Of a DNA stretch of 50,862 nt, positions 36,104 through 45,653 are shown piece after piece. A program made the position numbers and the translations under genes. The stretch is taken from IMG/VR virus record IMGVR_UViG_3300031566_000057, positions 1-50,862 of that record; one strand, written 5' to 3'. Each line of letters opens with the position of its first letter. The stretch's first letter is position 1. This DNA comes from a virus (Duplodnaviria > Caudoviricetes). Under the pieces are notes generated by a model. The model was not told the origin of the DNA, did not search any database, and saw only the letters and a program-made list of their open reading frames with translations.

Positions 36104-36703
36104 ATGGACCTATGGAATGTTCGGATGGCCATTGAGGGCAAGGACTTCGACTATCCTCTTGTGCGAGGCGTGCTGTTCGATGGTGCCCGCAAGGCCGTCG
36201 AGGCGTGGAGTGGCGGGGTTGTACGTTTCTATCTGGAACGAAACGGGGCATCGACCGTTACCATCCCGGCAGACGACCTGGAAGAGGACGAACCAAAGCC
36301 AACAAGGAAGCAAATCTGGCAGAAGCTCGATGATGCAATCCGCCTTTGTGAGGGAGGGCTTCTCCCGCCCGAGTCACCCACGGGGCGGGTCATAAGCAAC
36401 AGCACGACCCACCCTCGGCCGATTGTGCGGCCTAAACAGTCACCGAAGGAAGAGGCAGTAACCGTATCACATAACCCGTATGACATACTGCCGCCCTTGC
36501 CCCCCAAGGGGCAGGCCCGCTTCCTCACTCCCACGGTGTTCCTGACCTCGAAGGGCTGGGTGCTTATCAACACGGATTCGGAAGCCCTCGCTGGTGGTAG
36601 ATTGGAACGGTTTCAGACTTTCTGTCAAATGGTCGAGGACCTTCCGGCAGACAGAATATTTCACAATGAGCGGTGGCCCGGATTTGTGGTTCGGACGCCG
36701 TAA
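36104..36703 (+). CDS. Hypothetical protein
   Basis: Motif leader; flanked by 20-bp repeat. Confidence 0.6.
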   Translation: MDLWNVRMAIEGKDFDYPLVRGVLFDGARKAVEAWSGGVVRFYLERNGASTVTIPADDLEEDEPKPTRKQIWQKLDDAIRLCEGGLLPPESPTGRVISNSTTHPRPIVRPKQSPKEEAVTVSHNPYDILPPLPPKGQARFLTPTVFLTSKGWVLINTDSEALAGGRLERFQTFCQMVEDLPADRIFHNERWPGFVVRTP

Positions 36704-36719
36704 CCGGGAAGGAAAGACA

Positions 36720-36905
36720 ATGGACACGGAAGAGACAGCGTTGACGCCCGAACAGGAACGGATCGAGAAGTTGCTGGACGCCCTTCGCTGGTGTAGTGGG
36801 TCGGCGGACTTCGGCGAAGGCGGACAGGCGCGCGAAGGGTGGTTGATTCTCGTGCAACCCTTGTTTGACAAGAACGACCCATGCCCAAACCGGGCGAGCT
36901 GGTAA
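36720..36905 (+). CDS. Small phage protein (LRWCSGSADF..GGQAREGW)
   Basis: Motif leader. Confidence 0.55.
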   Translation: MDTEETALTPEQERIEKLLDALRWCSGSADFGEGGQAREGWLILVQPLFDKNDPCPNRASW

Positions 36906-36926
36906 CGGGGAAGCATCGGAGGGGAT

Positions 36927-38681
36927 ATGCCAGAAGTCATCGACAAGAACAGCGCCGTCAAGCGCCTTATGGAAGCTGTGCGCGTGGCGGACGCCCGCCT
37001 GAAGCCCTTCCGCGACAACCGCAGGACGTTTCTCAAGGAGTACGTCGGACCCTACTACACCAGGACTGGTGATGGTGCCGGCGCGAGTGCTACCGGACCC
37101 GAACCCATCAACATGCTCTTCTCCCTGGCCTCGGTGATCGTGCCCCACCTCGTCTCGCAGAATCCAAAGGCGATGGTCACTAGCAAGAACCCCCAACTCG
37201 GTCCCACTGCAAGGATGTTTGGGGAAGCCTGGAATGCCTTAGCCAAGGAAATCGACCTCTGGCGGGCACTGAGATCCTGCATCTTCGATGCCTTGTTTGG
37301 TATGGGGATTATGAAGGTGGGCTTGTCCCCAGGTGGGGAACTCATGGAGATGGAGGAGGGGTATCTCCACGACAACGGCCAAGTCTACGCCGATGCTGTT
37401 GACTTGGACGACTATGTAATAGATGCCGCCGCCAAGAGCCGGGAAGCAGCATCCTTCGAGGGGAACCGCTACCGCGTCCCCCTCGAATGGGCCTTGGAGT
37501 CCGAGCTATACGACCCCGACATTCTCCGCAAACTTCCAATCCACTATTCAGATAACACCAGTCGAGAACGTGGGGCCGCGGAACTCTCCCGTGGTGCGGC
37601 GAACTTACAGGAGGCGGCGGAGTACAGCGAACACGTCGAACTCCTGGACCTCTGGCGACCCCTGGAAGGTGATATAGTCACCATCCCCGGTAGTCCTGAT
37701 ATTGTGGTGCCCGACTTCATCGCCCAGTTTGAATACAATGGTCCTGAAAGAGGCCCCTTCGTTGACCTCAACTTCTTCCCGGTTCCGCATAACGTCATGG
37801 GGGTGTCCACAGTCGCCGAAGTCTATGACTTGCACGTGATGATTAACAAGCTCGCGCGCAAGGCCGGAAGGCAGGCGGACAGGCAGAAGGAACTGGTCTT
37901 GTTCGATGAGGTTGTTACCGAGGAGGCCGAAAGAGTCAGGGACGCCAGCGACGGGGAAATGGTGGGCGTGGGGAGTGTCTCTCGTTACGCCCAAGTGAGT
38001 TTTGGCGGAGCTAGTGAAGACACCTACAAGCAACTGGGTTTCCTGTTCGAGCAGTTCAGCCGTATCGCAGGGAACATCGACCTCATCGGGGGATTGCAAG
38101 CCGAAAGTAAGACACTAGGTCAGGACCAGATGCTCTACCAAGGGGCTTCTGGTCGCTTAGAGGACATGCGAACTCTCGCGCACACGTTTATGAAGTCCGT
38201 GGGCGAGCGGATGGCGTGGTATCTCTGGTACGACCCCCTGGCCGATCAGCCCATCACGGTCCAGGGCGCTGGTGGAGTACAAATCCCCGCCCAGTGGAAT
38301 GAGGACGAGAAGGAAGGAGAGTTCTTAGAACTCAACTTCGACATCGAACCCTACTCGATGCAGCGGGACGATCCTACCTCGAAGTTTGAGAGAGTGATGA
38401 CCTGGATCACCGGAGTTGTCCTTCCCACCGCGCAGATTGGGGCCATGCAGGGGGCGATACTCGACGTACCCAAGCTGGTGGAGATGACGGGGAAGATGCT
38501 GAACCTCCCAGAGGCGAGTGAGATTTACATGCCCGGCCCGCCGATGGGGATGGGGATGGATGCAGTTCAGCCTCCTGGGGGTAGCAACACCACGAATGTA
38601 AGCTCGGGGCGCGGAGGAGGGTCGCGCCCTGAGCCTTCTAATACGCAGTCTTCCAAACCTGCACAGGGGCCGGGTCAATGA
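36927..38681 (+). CDS. Portal protein
   Basis: 584 aa after TerL; PINML..PHLVSQNP, DALFGMGIMKVG, P22-like layout. Confidence 0.85.
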   Translation: MPEVIDKNSAVKRLMEAVRVADARLKPFRDNRRTFLKEYVGPYYTRTGDGAGASATGPEPINMLFSLASVIVPHLVSQNPKAMVTSKNPQLGPTARMFGEAWNALAKEIDLWRALRSCIFDALFGMGIMKVGLSPGGELMEMEEGYLHDNGQVYADAVDLDDYVIDAAAKSREAASFEGNRYRVPLEWALESELYDPDILRKLPIHYSDNTSRERGAAELSRGAANLQEAAEYSEHVELLDLWRPLEGDIVTIPGSPDIVVPDFIAQFEYNGPERGPFVDLNFFPVPHNVMGVSTVAEVYDLHVMINKLARKAGRQADRQKELVLFDEVVTEEAERVRDASDGEMVGVGSVSRYAQVSFGGASEDTYKQLGFLFEQFSRIAGNIDLIGGLQAESKTLGQDQMLYQGASGRLEDMRTLAHTFMKSVGERMAWYLWYDPLADQPITVQGAGGVQIPAQWNEDEKEGEFLELNFDIEPYSMQRDDPTSKFERVMTWITGVVLPTAQIGAMQGAILDVPKLVEMTGKMLNLPEASEIYMPGPPMGMGMDAVQPPGGSNTTNVSSGRGGGSRPEPSNTQSSKPAQGPGQ

Positions 38682-38839
38682 TTAAGCACGTCAAAGGGGG
38701 CCACAAGGTCTGGTCTTCACGCAAGCATCGTTACCTCTCGACGAAGCCCAAGAGTTACCGCGCCGCCGCCGCACAGTTAGGCGCGGTGGAGCGGAGCAAG
38801 AAGGCTCGGGGCGACACGGGCGGTTGCAAAGCACGATAA
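38678..38839 (+). CDS. 53-aa basic phage protein (not in ORF track)
   Basis: MIKHVKGGHKVWSS...AQLGAVE; ATGA-coupled to portal. Confidence 0.55.
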   Translation: MIKHVKGGHKVWSSRKHRYLSTKPKSYRAAAAQLGAVERSKKARGDTGGCKAR

Positions 38840-38860
38840 TCGGGGGCTGGGGAAGGAACC

Positions 38861-40192
38861 ATGAAAGTCACCCTCATTGCAGGGAAGTATTTCAATTCCT
38901 GGGAAGCCCTTGGACTGGGGTACATCGGGGCGTACCTGAAGCGGCACTGTGATGTGGAATTGAACTTCTTCCATCCGAACTTCGACTCGGACCATGCCAT
39001 TCTCGAAGGCACCGCGGGCACCGATATTTGCATGTTCTCCTGCACCTCTCCGGCAATAGATTATGCCTTGACGCTGGCCGGAGCGATCAAGTGCCGGGAT
39101 CCCAAAGTTCGCACTGTGTTCGGTGGGTATCACCCATCGGCCCTGCCGGGGGATGTTAAACAAGCCGGGTTTGTCGATTACGTGGTTGTCGGCGAGGGCG
39201 AAGTTCCGGCCGAGGCAATCGTTCGGGGTTATCCATATTGGCGTCTCGACGGCCGCCGCATGTCTTTCGACGAACTCTCCTGGCCCGACCGGGAACTGAT
39301 CCGCAACGAGCGCCACATCGCCGTCGCGGAGAAGGATACGGGGCTCCGCATCACCTCCTTCCAAAGTCGTAGAGGTTGTCCATACGGGTGTAAGTATTGC
39401 CTGGACGGCCAGAAGGTGATGTACAAGGGCAAACCCTGCGAGCGCGACATCAAGGACCTATTAACCGAGATCGACTCCGTAGCATACAAGTACCGACTCG
39501 ACCTCATCAAGTTCTGCGATCCTACGTGGAACACCAATCCGCAGTACGTGAAGGACTTCTGCAAGGAAAAGATCCGCTGGAAGCTGCACATCCCCTTCTT
39601 TGCGAACATCCACGCCCGTAATGGGGATCAGGAGATGTTCGACATGATGGCCGAGGCGAACTGTACAACCATCGGCTTGGGGGTGGAGACGGGTTCCGAG
39701 CGTATCTTGCAGCAGATGGGCAAGGGAACCACGAAGGATGACGTGCGCGGAACCGTCCGCATGGCGAAGAACTCTGGCATTGGCATTCGGGGCTACTTTC
39801 TGACAGGGATGCCGGATGATGACAACGAGTCTCTTCAGGAGACGATGGACTTCGCGGACGAGTTGGAACTGGACGAATACGGGTTCACCATCCTCTGTCC
39901 CTATCCGGGGACCGCCTTTTATGCGGAAGACCCGGAGAGGTTCAAGGACGTGAACTGGGAAGGGGCTGACGAGTACCGCAACGACTTCTGGCGCACTAAG
40001 TACCTCACGAACGCGGAATTAGTTGCATGGCAGGACAGGTTGATGGAGCGCTTCTGCAAGAAGCTCACGGGACGGAACAAGACAGTAGGGAAAGGGACAG
40101 GAAATGAAGGTAGTGGTGATTCCCCCGGAGCAACCGGGTGCACTCCCGACTCCGACGGAGAAGGAACTGGTAGCCCTTCTGCAAGGCGCTGA
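38861..40192 (+). CDS. B12-binding radical SAM enzyme (class B methylase-like)
   Basis: LGLGYIGAYL, VFGGYHPS, VGEGE, RGCPYGCKYC, GVETGS, PYPGT. Confidence 0.9.
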   Translation: MKVTLIAGKYFNSWEALGLGYIGAYLKRHCDVELNFFHPNFDSDHAILEGTAGTDICMFSCTSPAIDYALTLAGAIKCRDPKVRTVFGGYHPSALPGDVKQAGFVDYVVVGEGEVPAEAIVRGYPYWRLDGRRMSFDELSWPDRELIRNERHIAVAEKDTGLRITSFQSRRGCPYGCKYCLDGQKVMYKGKPCERDIKDLLTEIDSVAYKYRLDLIKFCDPTWNTNPQYVKDFCKEKIRWKLHIPFFANIHARNGDQEMFDMMAEANCTTIGLGVETGSERILQQMGKGTTKDDVRGTVRMAKNSGIGIRGYFLTGMPDDDNESLQETMDFADELELDEYGFTILCPYPGTAFYAEDPERFKDVNWEGADEYRNDFWRTKYLTNAELVAWQDRLMERFCKKLTGRNKTVGKGTGNEGSGDSPGATGCTPDSDGEGTGSPSARR

Positions 40193-40961
40193 AGGCGTAG
40201 TCGCGGGGACGGAGCAGTATACCCGAACCGTACTCTCGCAGTGTCCGAAGCTTCGCGTCATCTCTCGCATGGGCATCGGGGTTGATAACATCTGTCTGGA
40301 ATACTGTAAGAACCGCGGCATTACAGTCATGGCGGTTCCCAATGGCCCGACGCAGGCCGTGGCAGAACACACCATCGGGCTCATGCTCGCCCTGCTCAGG
40401 CATACCGTGGACAACCACGCAAGTATGTTGGCGGGGGCGTGGGAGCCGAAGATCGGGAAGCTGCTCTGCAACCAGACTGTAGGCGTTATAGGGCTCGGGC
40501 GCATTGGCTGTACGGTGGTCCGACTTCTCCGGGCGTTCGGAGCGAAGGTCATCGGGAACGAGATTGAGGAGAATCAGTTCAATGCTTCTCTTGGGCTGGC
40601 ATGGACCTCACCCATCGACCTGCTTCTGATGTCGAACATCGTCTCCTTGCACGTGCCGCTCACGGAGTCCACCCGGCACATGATTGACGATGTGGAGTTG
40701 GCCTGGATGCGGCCCGGCACGCTCCTTGTGAACACGGCACGCGGGTATGTGGTTAATGAAGGGGCGGTGTATAGTGCCCTCCAATCCGGTCATCTCGGGG
40801 CTTACGCAGTAGACGTGTTTGCGCACGAGCCCTATGCGAGTTTTCTGTGCGGTTGTCCCAACGTGTTGATGACTCCCCACATCGCCGGATGCACGGAAGA
40901 GACCTGGGAAATGATGCGCGAGACGGCTATCCGTCATTGTAACGAGGCTCTCAATGGGTAA
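40104..40961 (+). CDS. D-2-hydroxyacid dehydrogenase (SerA-like)
   Basis: GIGVDNI, AVAEHT, GLGRIG, NTARG, DVFAHEP, TPHIAG. Confidence 0.9.
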   Translation: MKVVVIPPEQPGALPTPTEKELVALLQGAEGVVAGTEQYTRTVLSQCPKLRVISRMGIGVDNICLEYCKNRGITVMAVPNGPTQAVAEHTIGLMLALLRHTVDNHASMLAGAWEPKIGKLLCNQTVGVIGLGRIGCTVVRLLRAFGAKVIGNEIEENQFNASLGLAWTSPIDLLLMSNIVSLHVPLTESTRHMIDDVELAWMRPGTLLVNTARGYVVNEGAVYSALQSGHLGAYAVDVFAHEPYASFLCGCPNVLMTPHIAGCTEETWEMMRETAIRHCNEALNG

Positions 40962-41301
40962 AGGAAGCAAGCGACGGCCCGGCAACACCGAAGCATACCG
41001 ACGGGGCCACAAGAGAGCTTTTGGGACTGGGCCGCGAGACTCCACCAGTGGCACCTTTGTACTGCGGAATGGCACTCTCGTACCTGGCAGAGTAAACAAG
41101 TGCGACAGCAAGAATATCGAGAGCCTTGCTGCGGGGGTACAGGCGGAACAAGCCCCACAGGCCCGGAAGGACATTGCTGAGGCAAAGCTGTCGGGGGTGA
41201 AGGTACTACCTAACGGCAACTACGTCTTTGCCACCCGTCGGGACAAGCTGCGGTTTCTGAAACACGCCAAGATGCACGATAGGGACGAAGTGAGAGGATA
41301 G
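40954..41301 (+). CDS. Small basic phage protein
   Basis: MGKGSKRRP start; SLAAGV..Q...G..VF..R motif. Confidence 0.6.
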   Translation: MGKGSKRRPGNTEAYRRGHKRAFGTGPRDSTSGTFVLRNGTLVPGRVNKCDSKNIESLAAGVQAEQAPQARKDIAEAKLSGVKVLPNGNYVFATRRDKLRFLKHAKMHDRDEVRG

Positions 41302-41304
41302 GGA

Positions 41305-43536
41305 ATGATTACGAATTGGGACGGGGAAAAGCAGTTCATGATACCCTTGCACCGGGCGAAGATGGGGTTGGATGTGTTCCTCTGTTGCCCAGGACCGTCA
41401 TTGGCGGATGTGGACACCAGCATCCTGCGCGGCCCAGGTCGGTATGTGGTGGCCCTGAACACGGCCTACCCCGCAGTGAAGCCTGATCTCTGGATCGGGA
41501 TGGACCTACCTTCATGCTATGACCGGGGCCTCTGGTGGGAACCCTTCCCGAAGATCGTCGGGAACAAGTTCGCCGATACCCCCTTCGGGGGGATGACGGT
41601 CAAGGAACTGCCAAACGTCTGGCTACTCTCTGGTACAGGTACTACGGCGGCCGGTAAGGAGTTCTTCAGCCGCAACGAACAGAACTCCTGGCACATCTGG
41701 GTCGGGAACGCCTACACCACAGCTCTTCATGTTTGCATCTGGCTGGGTGCGCGGACGATCAACCTGGTGGGGTGTGACTTCGGGGGCAAGACCGACTACC
41801 ACGACGGGCGGAAACTCTCCCCCGAACACCGGGAGCGGAACAGGATACTCTATGAAGCGCTTGTGCAGGACACCAGGCTTCTGGCGGAAGAGGGGAAGGC
41901 ACATGGGTTGGAACTTGTCTCCTGTACGCCAGATTCTCCGATCAACACCTTCCTGAACTATGTACCTGTGGAACGGGCCATCGCCGCCGCTGAGGGCGCG
42001 ATACCATTACCTGTTGACAACCGAATATGGGATTCTGAAAACGCCGAAATGCTCCAGTGGTCTACCCAGCATGAGGGAGACGGGGTTGTCGTCGTCGCGG
42101 ATCACCAGATGGAGTGGATGTTGCCCTGGTGGTATCAGAACCTTCGGGAGCACAACCCCGATGTTCAGATAGCCTTCTGCGACTGGGGCATGACCGAAGA
42201 GGGCAAGAAGTGGTGTGCGGAGCGGGGGCTTGTCTATCCCGTACTCAAACCCGCCAACCTGATGCACCGCAAACCCTTTGCGATTCTTCATGCACCCTTC
42301 TCCCGGATCATCTGTATGGATGCGGATTGCGAGATCAAAGCAGATATTACGCCCCTGTTCGAGAGGGGGAGCATGTGCGTCACCGAAGATCCCTTCAACC
42401 CGTGGTCCAAGGACTATCGGCCAGTCCCATATTCGACGGGGATGATCGCCTGTCATCATGGAGAACCCCTGATTGACGAATGGGCGCGGTATGTGCTCCA
42501 ACCGGAGTTAGCCAAGGGGGAGGTCTGGACCGACGATCAAGCGTTCAACTTGATGATCGCGGACATGGAAGAGGGGTTAAGCGACACTTCACGCCTCCTC
42601 GTAACCCTGGAACCCGAATGGCAGTGGCTCCGCCTGGCTTCGAGGTCGGGGGACTCAACAGCCAAGATCATCCACTGGACCGGCGCAGAGGGCAAGCAGA
42701 TCATCGACCGGAAGCGCAAGGAGGCATCTCATGGGGTGGAGCGAGATAGTGTTACTACTGGTGGGGAGCATGATAATCCTGTGGTGGAAACTGGTCCGCT
42801 CGTCTCCATCCTGATGCCCGCCTTCAACAGTTCGGAGTTCATCGAGAAGGCGATCCAATCCTGTATCGACCAGACCTATCAGAACTGGGAACTGATTGTC
42901 CTGGACGATGGTAGCAAGGATCAATTGCAAACCGCCAACATCATGCAGATGATGGCCAATAAGGACAAGCGAATCCGTCCCTTCTTCGAGCATCATCGGG
43001 GCAGACTGGAGGCGCACAATCGCTGCTGGCGACTTTGTAAGGGAGACATCATTGCCCGGCTGGACTCCGACGACTTGCAGGAACCGACACGACTGGCAAA
43101 GCAAGTGGCGCATTTGCAGAACTCCACCGATTCTATCGTCAGTTGTGAGAGTTATCACATTGATCGGGATGGGGCTTCTCTCGGGCGGCGTCCATGTTCT
43201 CCGTTTGGCAACTGTGTCGAACTTGCCACGACAAATATGACGGGATCGGCAACTTATTGGCATCCTCCGCAAGCAGGGAATATGATTACGCGCTCGTTGT
43301 ACGAAGCGATCGGGGGACTTCCGGGAGACAACAACTACTGTACCGAGGAGGGGTTTCTTTACGCTGCCATCTTATTGGGACACACTATCGGCCATGTCCC
43401 CGAAGCCTTATACGTCTACCGTCGGTATCCCGAGCAGATGTCCCAGAATGACCGTTGTGGCGCAGACGAAATAGCATGGAAACAACAGTCACGTCGGTTT
43501 ATAGAAGAAATGCGAACTCGGGGACTCACGGAATGA
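41305..43536 (+). CDS. Tri-domain glycosyltransferase: Maf/DUF115-like + GT8/GT77-like + GT2
   Basis: GPSL..ALN..D..LG...LVGCDF; KPFA..MDAD..DQ..IIHWTG; VSILMPAFN..DDGS..LDSDD. Confidence 0.85.
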   Translation: MITNWDGEKQFMIPLHRAKMGLDVFLCCPGPSLADVDTSILRGPGRYVVALNTAYPAVKPDLWIGMDLPSCYDRGLWWEPFPKIVGNKFADTPFGGMTVKELPNVWLLSGTGTTAAGKEFFSRNEQNSWHIWVGNAYTTALHVCIWLGARTINLVGCDFGGKTDYHDGRKLSPEHRERNRILYEALVQDTRLLAEEGKAHGLELVSCTPDSPINTFLNYVPVERAIAAAEGAIPLPVDNRIWDSENAEMLQWSTQHEGDGVVVVADHQMEWMLPWWYQNLREHNPDVQIAFCDWGMTEEGKKWCAERGLVYPVLKPANLMHRKPFAILHAPFSRIICMDADCEIKADITPLFERGSMCVTEDPFNPWSKDYRPVPYSTGMIACHHGEPLIDEWARYVLQPELAKGEVWTDDQAFNLMIADMEEGLSDTSRLLVTLEPEWQWLRLASRSGDSTAKIIHWTGAEGKQIIDRKRKEASHGVERDSVTTGGEHDNPVVETGPLVSILMPAFNSSEFIEKAIQSCIDQTYQNWELIVLDDGSKDQLQTANIMQMMANKDKRIRPFFEHHRGRLEAHNRCWRLCKGDIIARLDSDDLQEPTRLAKQVAHLQNSTDSIVSCESYHIDRDGASLGRRPCSPFGNCVELATTNMTGSATYWHPPQAGNMITRSLYEAIGGLPGDNNYCTEEGFLYAAILLGHTIGHVPEALYVYRRYPEQMSQNDRCGADEIAWKQQSRRFIEEMRTRGLTE

Positions 43537-43607
43537 AGAGGGCGCGGTCTATAGCGCGGCGTCTGGAGACGGGGAACTGATATGTCGTTACTGCGAGTGG
43601 CCGAAAG

Positions 43608-44378
43608 ATGAATGCCGCAATCATAACCGCACGGGGTGGATCGTGCAGCCTGTCGAACAAAAACCTCTGGCCGATCCTGGGTGAGGCGATCCTGTCTCGG
43701 ATCATTCGGACTGCACAGGCGGCTGATCTTGTCTCTGCCGTCTATGTGGATACGGATGGGAAGGAGATAGCCAAGTGCGCATCCCGGTGGGGATCGCAGA
43801 TTCTTGACCGACCGGAATATCTCGCCGAGGGCACGGGCAATCACGGGGAAGTCATCCAGAAGGCGGTTCGCGTCGTAAATGCCCGGCAGCGCGGGCACTT
43901 GGAAAACGTCGTGATCCTCCTCGGTAATTCCTGCATGTACGGCCCGGAACTCATTGACGAAGCTCTTGCGACGTTGCAGGCCCGCCCCGACCTGACAGGG
44001 GTGATGTCGGTCTGGCAGGCGGCAGACGACCATCCTTTACGCGCAATGGAGATGGACCAAGAAGGCATACTTCTTCCCTGGCGTGATCCCCATCGGGACG
44101 TGCCCAATAACCGACAGGCATACTTGCCCGCCTTCTTCTACGATCAAGGAGTCTGGGCGTTTCGGAAGGAATGCGTTGAGAAGCACGACGGCCCGAGTCC
44201 CTGGTGGTGGATGGGAAACAAAGTAGGCGCGATTGTCCGCCCGTGGATTGGTGGCAGGGATATTCATAACTTGTTGGATGTTGCAGTGACGGAGTGGTGG
44301 GTTGGAAGAAACATACGCAGACTACGTTCGGGGCAAGCGCCTGGTGATCGTGGGTCCGGCCCCACAGATCCGGGGTAG
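43608..44378 (+). CDS. CMP-ulosonate synthetase-like cytidylyltransferase (NeuA/KdsB family)
   Basis: ITARGGS..L.NKN, VDTDG..I, DRPEYL, DIH...D. Confidence 0.85.
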   Translation: MNAAIITARGGSCSLSNKNLWPILGEAILSRIIRTAQAADLVSAVYVDTDGKEIAKCASRWGSQILDRPEYLAEGTGNHGEVIQKAVRVVNARQRGHLENVVILLGNSCMYGPELIDEALATLQARPDLTGVMSVWQAADDHPLRAMEMDQEGILLPWRDPHRDVPNNRQAYLPAFFYDQGVWAFRKECVEKHDGPSPWWWMGNKVGAIVRPWIGGRDIHNLLDVAVTEWWVGRNIRRLRSGQAPGDRGSGPTDPG

Positions 44379-44967
44379 CTGTCAGGGGGACTACATCGAC
44401 TCGCACGATGTAGTCATTCGCATTGCCAACGCACTTCCGATCCCCGAACACCTTCGGTGTGATGTTGGGTCACGAACGGATGTCTTGTATACCAGCTTCT
44501 ACAGTGGACCGAATCCCCAGGAATGTAACCCAGTGGCCCCGGAGATGTGGAAGGCAAATGGGGTGCAATGGGTGTGCCTTTCGTCAAAGTTTGACGACCC
44601 CTATATCTGGCCGGGATTGAATAGGTTCGTCGCCTTGAATGCCGGCCGACTCCCATTGTACATGGTTCCTCCAGACGACTGCCGGGTGCTGGAGGCCGAA
44701 CTAGAGTGTAAGCCAAATACCGGGTTCGTCGCCATCTGGGATTCGCTGCGGTTTGATATTCAGAGCCTTTATGTGACGGGGATTTCCTTCTTTCGGGGTG
44801 GGTATCTGACAGAGTACCGCCCGATGAATGAAGAGGAAGCGATGGCATTCTTGGGGAAAGGGGAACACAAACAACCGCCGCAGATTGCTAAGATGCGCAA
44901 GTTAGTCCAGACGGATAGCAGGCTGACGGTGGATGCAACCCTTCAGGCGATCCTGGACGAAACATGA
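44302..44967 (+). CDS. GT29-like sialyltransferase
   Basis: Sialylmotif L-like VIVGPA...GDYIDSHDVVIRI..LP....DVGSRTD; S-like PNTGFVAI; VS-like His; TTG start. Confidence 0.8.
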   Translation: MEETYADYVRGKRLVIVGPAPQIRGSCQGDYIDSHDVVIRIANALPIPEHLRCDVGSRTDVLYTSFYSGPNPQECNPVAPEMWKANGVQWVCLSSKFDDPYIWPGLNRFVALNAGRLPLYMVPPDDCRVLEAELECKPNTGFVAIWDSLRFDIQSLYVTGISFFRGGYLTEYRPMNEEEAMAFLGKGEHKQPPQIAKMRKLVQTDSRLTVDATLQAILDET

Positions 44968-45653
44968 TCCTCTTGCCTGACGACCATGCGGTGTACATCT
45001 CACATCCCAGATGTGGCAGTCACACGATGTTCGCCGTACTCAAGAAGTATTATGGGGGATTGTTCTTCACCGGCGACGGATATCACAGTCGCATCCTCCC
45101 GGAGTCGGTAGCGGGATGGTATGTCTTCTCCACCTGTCGTAACCCCTATTCTCTAGCTGTATCCATCTGGCGCGCGACTACCAGTACGGGAAGTGACTTC
45201 CAGCGAGAGAGATGGAAGTTCTCTGAGCACATGCAGGACGCGGACGCGGATACCTATCTGGATGGACGTGCGGCGGGGAGTACGGAGAGTCGGTCATTCG
45301 GGGCGTTTGCGAGACTACTGGCGAAGACGGATTTCACCGACCCCAACTATCTGCTGATGGACTGCCGGTTCTCTCCACTGGCGTATCCCCAGCACATCTG
45401 GTTCTCCTTGGTTGTGTATCAGAACGTCTTGTGCAGGGTAATGCGATTGGAGAGATTGGAAGCGGAGTTTCGACTACTTCCGTTCTGGCACGGACCCAAC
45501 TTTCTTCCCAGGGCGGCTAATAGCACCAGTGACGGCAAGGGACCCCCGTGGCAGAAGTTCTACGAACAGCCTGGGGTGGCAGCGGACATAGAGAAATGGG
45601 CGGGAACGGACTTTGAGATGTTTGGGTACAGGAAAGGAAACTATCGTGACTGA
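44964..45653 (+). CDS. Sulfotransferase (Sulfotransfer_2-like)
   Basis: ISHPRCGSHT, RNPYSLAVSIW, PQ, RLERLEAEF, DFEMFGY. Confidence 0.8.
   Translation: MILLPDDHAVYISHPRCGSHTMFAVLKKYYGGLFFTGDGYHSRILPESVAGWYVFSTCRNPYSLAVSIWRATTSTGSDFQRERWKFSEHMQDADADTYLDGRAAGSTESRSFGAFARLLAKTDFTDPNYLLMDCRFSPLAYPQHIWFSLVVYQNVLCRVMRLERLEAEFRLLPFWHGPNFLPRAANSTSDGKGPPWQKFYEQPGVAADIEKWAGTDFEMFGYRKGNYRD

Larger units (their letters stand above)
35679..36915 (+). repeat. Five copies of a stop+RBS junction motif (G/T)TAAC(C)GGG(G)AAG
   Basis: Copies at 35679, 35836, 36083, 36700, 36900. Confidence 0.8.

Noticed and set aside
35679-36915. CRISPR array or integron attC array
   Set aside because: Short degenerate repeats, irregular spacing holding whole ORFs, no attC hairpins, cas genes or IntI features
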